A stretch of DNA of 64,000 bases, taken from NCBI GenBank assembly GCA_019634695.1, contig JAHCAW010000004.1, positions 64,831 through 128,830 of the forward strand, written 5' to 3'. Under the pieces are notes generated by a model. The model searched no databases, was not told where the DNA came from, and saw only the letters and a list, made by a program, of their open reading frames with translations. Origin of the DNA: Candidatus Sumerlaeia bacterium. GTDB taxonomy: Bacteria > Sumerlaeota > Sumerlaeia > SLMS01 > JAHLLQ01. Shown piece after piece: positions 17,514-26,260 of the stretch (the first letter of the stretch is position 1; each line of letters opens with the position of its first letter). The translations under genes and the position numbers were made by a program.

Positions 17514-17702
17514 ACCGATCCGCGCGCGGCCAGCAACTACGGCATCTCTCGGAAACTCGTGGCCACCCCACCGCCTGCGCGTTCGAGGCGGCCGCACAGA
17601 ACCTCACGACGCGGTATGGGTCATATAGGACTCATGCGTCCTATCGATGCGCTTCTCGGCATTTCGTCGTCGGCCACAAGAGACTGCAAGACGCTGTAAC
17701 GA

Positions 17703-19148
17703 CTAACCGCCCCGCTTCCACTTCGTCCCCGCGGGCGAGTCCTCGAGCACGATCCCCATGCCCGACAGCCGATTGCGGATGTCGTCGGCGAGCTCGAACA
17801 TCTTCGCCCTGCGGGCCTTGGCGCGCACGTCGATGAGCAACTCGACGAGTTGGCCCGAGATGTCCGAGAGTCCAGCCTCCTCGGCCGGCTCGAGGTTGGC
17901 CGTCGTGCCGAGGATGCCGCGGAAGAGATCGAGCAGCGCGGCGAGCGCCTCGAGTTCCCCCCGATCGCCGGCGCCGCGCTCGACCGCCGTGCGCACCGTG
18001 TTCAAGTCCGTCACCAGATCGAACAGGGAGGCGAGTGCCTGCGCGGTGTTGAAGTCGTCGTTCATCGCCTCGGCGAAGCGGGCCTCGAGTTCGCGGGCGC
18101 GGGCGGAGTGCTTCCAGGCGTCCGCCGCCGGCTCCGCACCGAGCACCCGGGCCGCCTCGCGCCGCGCCTCCGCATAGCGCCGTGTCGCCTTGCGCGCCGC
18201 CTCCAGGTTCTCCTGCGTGAAGTCCAGCTCGCGACGGTACGAGGCCGACACGAGGAAGTGCCTCAGCGTCAGCGCGTCGTAGAGCGCCAGCAGCGCGTCG
18301 ATCGTCTTGAAGTTGCCGAGCGACTTCGACATCTTCTCGCCGTCGATGTTCAGGAAGCCGTTGTGAATCCAATAGCGCGCGAAGGGCCGGCCGGTGGCCG
18401 CCTCGCTTTGCGCGATCTCGTTCTCGTGGTGCGGGAACTGCAAGTCCACGCCGCCGCTGTGGATGTCGATCGTCTCGGCATGGTGGCACTTCATCGCCAT
18501 GCAGGAGCACTCAAGGTGCCATCCCGGGCGGCCCTTGCCCCAGGGCGAATCCCATGCCGGCTCGCCCGGCTTGGCCGCCTTCCACAAGCAGAAGTCCAGC
18601 GCGTTGCGCTTCAGGCGCTGCTGCTCCTCGTCGACGCGTTCGCCCTGGCGCATCTCGTCGATGTTCTTGCGCGACAGCTTGCCGTAGTCGGCGAACGAGC
18701 GCACCTCGAACCAGACCGAGCCATCCTCGGAGGCGTAGGCATGGCCGCCGGCGATCAGGCGTTCGACGAGGGCGATCATCGGCTCCACGTACTGGGTGGC
18801 GCGGGGGTGCTCGTCGGCCGGCCGCACGCCCAGCAGCGCGATGTGCTCGAAGAACAGCTTCGTGTACTTCTCGGCCAACTGACCCGGGGGGATGCCCTCC
18901 TCGGCCGCCCGCGCGATGATCTTGTCGTCCACGTCCGTGATGTTCTGGACGAAGTGGACCGTATAGCCCAGATGCTCGAGCCAGCGCCGCATCACGTCCA
19001 CGACGACGAAGTTGCGGGCGTTGCCGATGTGGAACGGGCCATAGACCGTCGGGCCGCAGTTGTAGAAGCTGACCCGTCGCCCGTCCGGATCCAGGGGCAC
19101 GAAGTCGTCCTTGCGGCGGGTGAGCGAGTTGAAGATGCGGAGAGTCAT
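17703..19148 (-). CDS. cysS: Cysteine--tRNA ligase
   Basis: Class I aaRS motifs HIGNAR and KMSKSLGN. The sequence is CysS-like end to end (FYNCGPTVYGPFHIGN..., WHLECS). Confidence 0.95.
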   Translation of the reverse strand: MTLRIFNSLTRRKDDFVPLDPDGRRVSFYNCGPTVYGPFHIGNARNFVVVDVMRRWLEHLGYTVHFVQNITDVDDKIIARAAEEGIPPGQLAEKYTKLFFEHIALLGVRPADEHPRATQYVEPMIALVERLIAGGHAYASEDGSVWFEVRSFADYGKLSRKNIDEMRQGERVDEEQQRLKRNALDFCLWKAAKPGEPAWDSPWGKGRPGWHLECSCMAMKCHHAETIDIHSGGVDLQFPHHENEIAQSEAATGRPFARYWIHNGFLNIDGEKMSKSLGNFKTIDALLALYDALTLRHFLVSASYRRELDFTQENLEAARKATRRYAEARREAARVLGAEPAADAWKHSARARELEARFAEAMNDDFNTAQALASLFDLVTDLNTVRTAVERGAGDRGELEALAALLDLFRGILGTTANLEPAEEAGLSDISGQLVELLIDVRAKARRAKMFELADDIRNRLSGMGIVLEDSPAGTKWKRGG

Positions 19149-19264
19149 TGCCCTGCGGGCTCCGGGGGAGTCATGAGTGCGCCCAACGGCGGCAGGCTAT
19201 GCCCCGCCCCGCGCGCCGGTGGCAACCGGCGAATCGGGCCTCGATGCCCGGCAGAGGCAACGCG

Positions 19265-21196
19265 ATGGAACCTCCGGTCCACGAATGGCTGGTCACCGAC
19301 GGTCGAGGGGGCTTCGCCTGTGGTTGCTGGGATGACCACATCCGGCGGCGCTGGCACGGACTGTGGGTTGCCCGCCGGCCACCGCGCGACCGCGTGCGCC
19401 TGCTGGCAGGATTCGATCAGCACTTCATCGTCAACGGGCAGCGCATCTCCCCCTGGCCGGTCTGGACCGGCAGCGCCTGGTCTGCCGCGAACGGGATTCC
19501 CGACGGCTCGGGCATCGAGGACTACGGGCAGAGGTTTCAGGCTCTCGCCTCCCCGTTCGCCGGACTGAGGTTTCCCATTCGGGTTGTGTGCAAGCCCGGG
19601 GTTGCGGTGCAGATGGTCTTCAATCCCCTGCTGCCCTTCGCTCCGGAGCCGAAGCAGCTCCATGCGCACCTGATCGAGTTGGGAACCCATCAGGGGTTGA
19701 CGCTCTACATCCATTGCACGCGGGCGATGGCCCTGCGAGGCGAAGCCGTGCGACTGGACAACGTGGACCTGGAGCTCGAGCACGAGTGCGAGGCCGTGTG
19801 GACCGAGACGCTGTGGCGGGCACCCGATATCGCCATCGATCTCGAAGGCGACTGCCAATTCATGCTCGTCGCCTCCACGACGGCGGACCCGGCGTGCCTG
19901 TCGGACGCCCCCTCAAGAAGCGACGATGGATGGAATAGGATCGATGGACCCGTGCCTCCGGGCGATGCGCGCGAAGACCCCGCTGAGATCGACGCCTACT
20001 TGGAAGACCTGAAGGACTTCCTGCGTCATGGAATCATGCTGGCGGGGTTCGCGCGTCAGTTCCTGGTGCGGTCGTCGTCGGGTCGTCCCACGATCATCGC
20101 CGGCTATCCGTGGTTCACCGACTGGGGCCGCGACACGATGATCGCACTGCCGGGTCTGCTGCTCGCCACGGGGAACAAGGCGCTCGCGGCCGAGGTGCTC
20201 GACCACTTCCTCGATCACCTCGACGAGGGACTCATCCCGAACCTCTTCCCCGAGGACGACACCGCACCGCTCTACAACACCATCGACGCCACCTTGTGGA
20301 TGATCGACCGCGCGTTCCTCATCGATGCGGAGTTCGACGGGCAGTTCGTGCACGGCGAGCGCTGGGAGAAGCTCAAGTCCGTCATCGCCCACCACCGCGC
20401 GGGCACGAAGCACGACATTCGACTGGACGACGACGGACTGCTGCGCGGCGGCACCGAGGGCAGCCAGCTCACCTGGATGGACGTGAAGATCGACGGCCAT
20501 GTGCCGACGCCGCGCCACGGCAAGCCGATCGAGATTCAGGGCCTGTGGTTCAACGCGCTCAAGCTGATGGCGGATCGCGCCGCAGCCTTGGGCGAGAAAC
20601 CCCTCGCACTCGAGTACGGCACGTTGGCGAAGCGCTGCGAGGCCGCCGTCGCCGCGCGCTTTTTCGCCGGCCGTCGCGCCTGGGCCGCCGACGTCGTGGA
20701 CCGCGATGGCCCCGGCACGGCCGACTGGGCCATTCGTCCCAACATGATCATTCCGTTCGGACTCGCCCACAATGTGCTGCCCGCCGAACGCCGGGTCGAC
20801 ATCCTCAAGACGGCGACAACGCACCTGCTGACACCCTGCGGCCTGCGGACTCTCTCCAAGAAGGACCCGGCCTACATCAGCATCTACCGCGGCGATGTCC
20901 GTCAGCGCGACCGCGCCTATCATCAGGGCACCGTCTGGCCCTGGCTCCTCGCCCCATTCGTCAAGGGACTGGTCGCGCATCGCGAACAGCTTCCAATCGC
21001 GCCCCGCAAGCTCAGGTCGATTCGGCGGAACCTCGAACGGCTCCTCGGTGCGCCGAGCTGTGAGTGTCAGCTCAATGAAATCTACGACGGCGATCCGCCG
21101 CACACGCCCCGCGGCTGCTTCGCGCAGGCATGGTCGCTCGCCGCCGGCATCGAGGCCCTGGAAATCCTCGACGCACTCGCTCAGAACGAAGAATAG
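19265..21196 (+). CDS. Glycogen debranching enzyme / amylo-alpha-1,6-glucosidase family (GDE_N + GDE_C)
   Basis: N-terminal EWLVTDGRGGFA and the GDE_C signature GYPWFTDWGRDTMIALPGLLLATG. The start was chosen at ATG 19265; the track start is 19148. Confidence 0.8.
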   Translation: MEPPVHEWLVTDGRGGFACGCWDDHIRRRWHGLWVARRPPRDRVRLLAGFDQHFIVNGQRISPWPVWTGSAWSAANGIPDGSGIEDYGQRFQALASPFAGLRFPIRVVCKPGVAVQMVFNPLLPFAPEPKQLHAHLIELGTHQGLTLYIHCTRAMALRGEAVRLDNVDLELEHECEAVWTETLWRAPDIAIDLEGDCQFMLVASTTADPACLSDAPSRSDDGWNRIDGPVPPGDAREDPAEIDAYLEDLKDFLRHGIMLAGFARQFLVRSSSGRPTIIAGYPWFTDWGRDTMIALPGLLLATGNKALAAEVLDHFLDHLDEGLIPNLFPEDDTAPLYNTIDATLWMIDRAFLIDAEFDGQFVHGERWEKLKSVIAHHRAGTKHDIRLDDDGLLRGGTEGSQLTWMDVKIDGHVPTPRHGKPIEIQGLWFNALKLMADRAAALGEKPLALEYGTLAKRCEAAVAARFFAGRRAWAADVVDRDGPGTADWAIRPNMIIPFGLAHNVLPAERRVDILKTATTHLLTPCGLRTLSKKDPAYISIYRGDVRQRDRAYHQGTVWPWLLAPFVKGLVAHREQLPIAPRKLRSIRRNLERLLGAPSCECQLNEIYDGDPPHTPRGCFAQAWSLAAGIEALEILDALAQNEE

Positions 21197-21210
21197 AAGG
21201 GGGACCACGC

Positions 21211-21531
21211 ATGCAGGAAATCACACTCCTATACATCCCCTGTCCCTCCGAAGAGGAGGCATGCCGCATCGCACGCCACCTGCTCGACGCGCGCCTTGTC
21301 GCCTGCGCGAACTGGTTCCCGATCCGCAGCATGTACTGGTGGGAGGCAGCACTCGCCGAGGAGGGCGAGGTCGTGCTGCTTGCCAAGACGCTCCCCGCCA
21401 AGGCCGACGCCGTCGAAGCCGCAATCCGCGCCGTCCATCCCTACCAAGTGCCCTGCATCGCCCGTGTCGCAGCCTGCGTGAATGAAGAGTACGGCCGGTG
21501 GATGGAGAAGGAAGTAGATATTAGCCTTTAG
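21211..21531 (+). CDS. cutA: Divalent-cation tolerance protein CutA
   Basis: The 106-aa product contains CANWFPIRSMYWWEAALAEEGEVVLLAKT...HPYQVPCI, the typical CutA1 fold signature. ATG 21211 follows AGGGGGA. Confidence 0.85.
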   Translation: MQEITLLYIPCPSEEEACRIARHLLDARLVACANWFPIRSMYWWEAALAEEGEVVLLAKTLPAKADAVEAAIRAVHPYQVPCIARVAACVNEEYGRWMEKEVDISL

Positions 21532-21685
21532 TTGTTGGCTGTTGGAACGTGCCCTTCTGGAGCGTAGAGCAGCCGGCGGAACAAGCCTCTCCTCGGTCAA
21601 GGCACGAACCACAACCGCATCAGCTCAACAGCCAACAACTAACAACCAACAACTAGCCTCCAACGACTAACATTTTCTCCCCCCC
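21529..21685 (+). repeat. Heptad-periodic inverted-repeat intergenic element A (GT-rich arm, ~80-nt spacer, CA-rich arm abutting the next start codon)
   Basis: TAGTTGTTGGCTGTTG (21529-21544) is a perfect 16/16 complement of CAACAGCCAACAACTA (21626-21641). The CA arm continues as 7-nt units to about 21670. There is an inner stem CGTGCCCTT / AAGGCACG. The local GC content drops relative to the flanks. Confidence 0.6.
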
Positions 21686-22657
21686 ATGCTCCCCTCCTGC
21701 TCCATCGTCATCGTCACCTGGAACCGCCGCAAGGAGCTCGAGCCCTTGCTGGAGTCCGTCTTTGCACAGACAATCGCGGACCGGCTCGAGGTGATCGTTG
21801 TGGACAACGCCTCGACGGACGGGACGGTTGCGTGGCTGCGCGAGGCCTATGCCGGCCGCGTGCGCGTGTTTGCCTACGCGGAGAATCGCGGCGCGTGCGA
21901 CGGGCGCAACGCCGGCATTCGCGCCGCATCCGCGCCGTACGTCTGCTTCCTCGACTCCGACGCGGAGATACTCTCGCCCGACGCCATCGAGCGCTGCCTC
22001 GAGCACCTCGATGCCAATCCCGGCACCGACGCCGTCGCCGCCCCGATCTGGTTCGATCGCGCGAAGACCAATCCCTTCCTGCTCGGCGGTTATGTTACGC
22101 CCGACGGGCACTATCATGGAATCAGTTGCCGGTCGCGCGACGACGAACCCATGCTGCTCTCGACCTGTTTCGCCGTCTGGCGCAAGGCCACCCTGAAGGA
22201 GGTTCGCGGCTTCGATCCGTGGTACTTCTGGGGCATCGAGGACATGGACCTCGGCCTGCGGACCTATCATCGCCGCAAGCGCCACGATCCCGGCGCGCAA
22301 CCCTTCCGCATCGTGCGCGGCGTCGATGTGCTGCACGAGATGTCCACCGCCGGGCGCCACCACGACCCGCGCAGCTTCGAGCAGACTTTCGTGCGCTACG
22401 AGCGCCAGCGCCTCTACATGGTGCTCTCGTACGGCGGCCTCGGCCAATTCCTGCGCGTCGCCGCGCGTGGCCCATTCCGCATCCGCCGCATGGCCGACGC
22501 ATGGGAGCACGTGCTGACGCGGCGCCAGCGCTGGCAGGCCGCCGTCTGGTTTCCGCTGCTGCGCCTGCTGGCCTTGCCGAAGAACCTGCTCGACGTGCGG
22601 CGCAACCACCTCGCGCGCACGACGATGCCGGTCGAGGTGACGGATCAGAGCGCCTGA
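21686..22657 (+). CDS. Family 2 glycosyltransferase
   Basis: Classic GT2 N-terminus: CSIVIVTWNRRKELEPLLESV...VIVVDNASTDGT...ENRGACDGRNAGI...FLDSDAEI. Confidence 0.85.
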   Translation: MLPSCSIVIVTWNRRKELEPLLESVFAQTIADRLEVIVVDNASTDGTVAWLREAYAGRVRVFAYAENRGACDGRNAGIRAASAPYVCFLDSDAEILSPDAIERCLEHLDANPGTDAVAAPIWFDRAKTNPFLLGGYVTPDGHYHGISCRSRDDEPMLLSTCFAVWRKATLKEVRGFDPWYFWGIEDMDLGLRTYHRRKRHDPGAQPFRIVRGVDVLHEMSTAGRHHDPRSFEQTFVRYERQRLYMVLSYGGLGQFLRVAARGPFRIRRMADAWEHVLTRRQRWQAAVWFPLLRLLALPKNLLDVRRNHLARTTMPVEVTDQSA

Positions 22658-23787
22658 CGCACCATGCCGGCGATGCCGCGCCAAGAGTACTCGACCGCCT
22701 TGCCGTGAAACGAGCCGTGCGTGCAGTGGCAGCAGCGAATCTGCCCGCGGCGCTCCCATGCGGCTTCGCTTTGCCACAGCGCCGAGAAGTCGAAGTCGAA
22801 CTGCGCCAGGTTCGCGAACGGCTTGGTGAACTCGCAGTGCGCCACGTCGCCGTTGGAGTAGATCACGCCGACGGCCGAACCGGCCGTGACGCAGGGAAAC
22901 TGCGGCTTGCCGGTGGCGATCATGCGCAGCGTCGCGATCGTGTGCAGGCGATAGGCGTCGGCACGATACGGCGAGCCCTCATTGATGCGCTCAAGGTCCG
23001 CGACGATCTTCGGGAAGTCCTCGACCGGCGGCAGGTCCATGTTGCTCTTCGGGGCAACGTTCGCCTCGCGGATCTCGGGCAGGATGTTCCAGGCCGTGCG
23101 GTTCACGTCGCGCATGATCTCGAAGCCCTGATAGACGGCGGGGGAGACCTCGCGGCGCAGCAGGTCGTTGAGCTCGACCAGTTCGCGGTAGTTCATGCTG
23201 TTGATGATCGTCAGCACGTTGACGGCGACGGCCGGGTACTTCTCCTGCAGCGGCCAGAGCTTGCGCAGCGACTCGATCACTTTGTCGAAGTTGCCCGGCA
23301 CGCCGCGGATGCGGTCGTGCGTCTCGCGCAGGCCATCGAGCGATATCTGGAAGTCGATGCCGACGTCCGGGAACTCCGCCTTGAAGTCCTCGGCCATGCG
23401 GACCAGTTTGTCGGGGAAGAGCGCGTTGGTGTTGATGCGCAGGACGCTTGCCTTGCGGCGCTTGGCGAAGGCGGCGAGCACCTCGGGCAGGTCGCGGCGC
23501 AGGGTCGGCTCGCCGCCGGTCAGGATCAGGATGTCGAACGGCGGCACCGTCTCCGCCAGCCGGTCCACCTGCTCGAGCGTCAGTTCCGGGATGCCGATGT
23601 TGAGGTCCTGCCAGCAGAAGCAATGGTCGCACTTGGCATTGCAGCGCATCGTGATGAAGAGAAACAGGTTGGCGAGCGGGTAGAGCCCCGTGCGCCGGCG
23701 CGTGCGCTTGTTGGCGACGAGCCGTCGGGCGGTGTTGGCGATGATCTGTCTGTCGATTGCTCGCACGGCGCGCCTCACGCGGGCCAT
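22645..23787 (-). CDS. Radical SAM enzyme with a C-terminal SPASM/twitch-like Cys-rich domain
   Basis: CxxxCxxC motif (CNAKCDHC) in LFLFITMRCNAKCDHCF, followed by ILTGGEPTL. C-terminal Cys cluster: FPCVTAGSAV...AHCEF...IRCCHCTHGSF. Confidence 0.8.
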   Translation of the reverse strand: MARVRRAVRAIDRQIIANTARRLVANKRTRRRTGLYPLANLFLFITMRCNAKCDHCFCWQDLNIGIPELTLEQVDRLAETVPPFDILILTGGEPTLRRDLPEVLAAFAKRRKASVLRINTNALFPDKLVRMAEDFKAEFPDVGIDFQISLDGLRETHDRIRGVPGNFDKVIESLRKLWPLQEKYPAVAVNVLTIINSMNYRELVELNDLLRREVSPAVYQGFEIMRDVNRTAWNILPEIREANVAPKSNMDLPPVEDFPKIVADLERINEGSPYRADAYRLHTIATLRMIATGKPQFPCVTAGSAVGVIYSNGDVAHCEFTKPFANLAQFDFDFSALWQSEAAWERRGQIRCCHCTHGSFHGKAVEYSWRGIAGMVRQAL

Positions 23788-23872
23788 TTCGGCCGGTCAG
23801 TTGGCAGGAAGCACAAGGAGTGCCGCCCCTGCAAGGAGGGAAGCGTGCGGGCGCGCCCTGGAGTTGGCCGGG

Positions 23873-26260
23873 TCAGAATGTCAACTCGCCGTTGAGGAAG
23901 GCCATCGAGCGGGCCATGATCTCGGTGCGATGGGCCTCGTCCTGGATGGTTTCGAACGGGAAGGCAAGGTAGACGAGGCGCCATGGGCCGGCGTAGCGGA
24001 TGGCAGCGGCCTCGCCGGGGGCGCCGTTCGGATAGGTCAGGAACGCTTGGGCGCCGCCCATGGGACGCAGGACATCGGCGGTCGTGACGGGATAGGTGCG
24101 GCCGGTGCCGTCGTCGAAGGCGAGCGTGTCGACGCGCAGCAGCAGGCCGTCGCGAGCGTTTGCCGCCTGATTGATGCGCGCGGCGGGCCGGATGCACTCG
24201 ACCTTGAGCATCTCGCGCAGGAAGTCGCCGGCCAGATCGCGGCTGGCAAAGCCCAAGTCCGAGGCCAGGTTCGAGCCCGACACGAACAGGTTGCCGCCCG
24301 ACTCCAGGTACTCGCGCACCAGACGCCGTTCGAAACCGTCGAACGTCGAGCCCTCGCCCTCGTTGCCCAGCATCCACACGACGATGCGGTAGTCGCGCAG
24401 GCGCACGTCGCCGGCGATCACCGCCTCGTTGCTCGTCGAGTCGAAGTGCCAGCCCGTGGCGTGCAGCGCACTGCCGTGCTGCACCACGTAGTCGAACGTG
24501 TTCATCTTCGCGACGATCGTGCGTTCGAACTCGTTCCCGGGGAACGTCGTCGAGTCGACGAGGTTGAGGCCGCGGTCGAGCCGGTCGAAGCCGTTGACGA
24601 CGAGCACCTCGGGCTGAAGCGTGCGCTCGGGTGCGCGAACGGCCAGCGTCTCGGTCGGCATCGATTCGCCGCCCTCGTTGACGGCCACAACGCGGAAGTA
24701 CTCGACCTGTCCGGGCAGCACACCCTCGAGCACCGTGCTGGTCGTATCCACCACCGTGCCGTTGTCGAACCCGTAGCCATTGCGCGAGCGATACACGCGA
24801 TAGCTCGTCGCGGCGTCGCCCAGCACGCCGTCGCCCTTGTCGAACGCCGGCGGGTTCCACGCCACCTCGATGCGGTTCATGCCCGTCTTGCGCACGCGCA
24901 GGTGCGTGGGCGGCTCGGGCAGGCGCGTCGCGATGTCGAAGCCGTCGACCTCTTCATGGAAGTACTTCAGGATGCCATGGTAGACGGCGCGGGCGGAGAT
25001 GCGCCGGAAGTCCGGATCCAGAATGTGTCCCGCGTCGGCGGGATTGTCGTGATAGCCGTTCTCGACGAGCACCGCCGGCATCTTCGCGTTGGCCGCCGGA
25101 TTCGTCTCGCCCAGCCAGCGCGTGATCAGGCCGACGTCCTCCCAGCGCGCATCGTAGGCCGTGCGCACATGGTGCAGCACCTCGTCGTGGACGATGCGGC
25201 CGAGCACGTCGCCGCCCGGATAGCCCGTGAAGTCCCACGGCGGGCCCCACGCATTCGGTCCGTAGATGTAGGTCGACAGCCCGCTCATCGTGTGCGTCTC
25301 GCTGCCGTTGGTGTGCCACGACACGTAGATCGAGCGATTCTTCTCCCACGGCTCGGCTTCCCACTCGGCATAGCGCGGCATCGCCCGCACCTGGTTCCAG
25401 GTGCGCAGGTCGTCCTCGGCCACCGGCATGCCCATGAACGGGGCGTAGTACAGGCCGGACTCCTCCCAGCGCGGCTTGCCGCTCAGGGTGCCGGCGACGC
25501 GCGTGTCGCCCATGCCGCCGCCAAAGCGCACCGCACCCAGCGCCACATGCTCGCCGGCGCGACTGCTCGAGTTGTCCAGCACCACGGCGCCGCGCAGCGC
25601 GTCGCGTCCCGCCTCGAAGTGATACGTGCCCAGGTACTTCCAGGTGCTGTGGTCGCGGTTCAGGTCCTGCCGCCATTCGGTCGAGCCACCGCTGTGGCGG
25701 ATCGTCAGGCGCGCGTCGGTGCTCGTGCGTCCGCGCCGCACCGGCGAGTACCACGCGTAGACCGCGTAGTAGCCGTCGGCGGGGATGCGCGGCACATAGG
25801 CGACACGCGCGTTCGGCTCGCCCCGCACCGTCGAGGCGACCAGTTGCGTGCCCCCCCAGACGTTTTCGTTGTCCTCGCGCTTCCACGATCCCTGCGTGAC
25901 CGGCGATCCGCTCTCGGCGGTCACCACGGCCATTTGCGTCTGCATGTCGCGCTCGCGCGTCGTCACGACGTTGGCGCCAGCGTTCCACAGGTACGGCAGC
26001 AGAAACTGGTTCACCGCCTCGGCGTTGCTCAGGTCCTCGACGATGCGATTGAGCGGACCCCGCTGGGTGGTCCAGCGGCCGTTGGTGTGGTGCCAGCCGT
26101 GGCCGGCACTGACGAAGATCGTCGCGCCGGTCAGGGCGCCCACCGGCTGGGCCTCGCCCCGCTCGGGGGGCTTGGTCTTCGAGGCCGGGGCCGCGGTCGC
26201 CAGCACGGCGGCCAGCCCGGTTCCCGCAACGGCTCGTCCGATTGTCCGAAGTCTGCTCAT
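23873..26260 (-). CDS. Exported multidomain protein, paralog 1: split Amidase_3-like (MurNAc-L-Ala amidase) domain with a golvesin-like insertion, an FN3 domain and an uncharacterised C-terminal domain
   Basis: Signal peptide present. Amidase_3-like elements: SAGHGW, NAEAVNQ, NVVTTRERD, IYVSWHTN, VLVENGYHDN. Golvesin-like pattern: PADGYYAVYAWY...WKYLGTYHF...GAVRF. FN3-like segment: PTHLRVRKTGMNRIEVAWNPP...YRVYRS. The start was trimmed to ATG 26260 (MSRLRTIG); track ORF 23873..27232 reads through into the paralog. Confidence 0.7.
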   Translation of the reverse strand: MSRLRTIGRAVAGTGLAAVLATAAPASKTKPPERGEAQPVGALTGATIFVSAGHGWHHTNGRWTTQRGPLNRIVEDLSNAEAVNQFLLPYLWNAGANVVTTRERDMQTQMAVVTAESGSPVTQGSWKREDNENVWGGTQLVASTVRGEPNARVAYVPRIPADGYYAVYAWYSPVRRGRTSTDARLTIRHSGGSTEWRQDLNRDHSTWKYLGTYHFEAGRDALRGAVVLDNSSSRAGEHVALGAVRFGGGMGDTRVAGTLSGKPRWEESGLYYAPFMGMPVAEDDLRTWNQVRAMPRYAEWEAEPWEKNRSIYVSWHTNGSETHTMSGLSTYIYGPNAWGPPWDFTGYPGGDVLGRIVHDEVLHHVRTAYDARWEDVGLITRWLGETNPAANAKMPAVLVENGYHDNPADAGHILDPDFRRISARAVYHGILKYFHEEVDGFDIATRLPEPPTHLRVRKTGMNRIEVAWNPPAFDKGDGVLGDAATSYRVYRSRNGYGFDNGTVVDTTSTVLEGVLPGQVEYFRVVAVNEGGESMPTETLAVRAPERTLQPEVLVVNGFDRLDRGLNLVDSTTFPGNEFERTIVAKMNTFDYVVQHGSALHATGWHFDSTSNEAVIAGDVRLRDYRIVVWMLGNEGEGSTFDGFERRLVREYLESGGNLFVSGSNLASDLGFASRDLAGDFLREMLKVECIRPAARINQAANARDGLLLRVDTLAFDDGTGRTYPVTTADVLRPMGGAQAFLTYPNGAPGEAAAIRYAGPWRLVYLAFPFETIQDEAHRTEIMARSMAFLNGELTF

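Noticed and set aside
17625-17644. 7-bp hairpin ATAGGAC-tcatgc-GTCCTAT between convergent nrfA and cysS, and an 8-bp hairpin at 49503-49530 between convergent genes
   Set aside because: Both have short stems without U-tracts. They are plausible terminators but too weak to call as features.
21256-21272. GAGGCATGCCGCATCGC inside cutA, matching 16 of 17 positions of the RAYT right-repeat core GAGGCATGCCGCCTCGC (53870-53886)
   Set aside because: It lies in frame within conserved CutA coding sequence (EEEACRIAR) and has no flanking similarity to the rest of the 51-bp repeat. It is probably a coincidence in GC-biased sequence. It is worth including only if a genome-wide search of the core is run.
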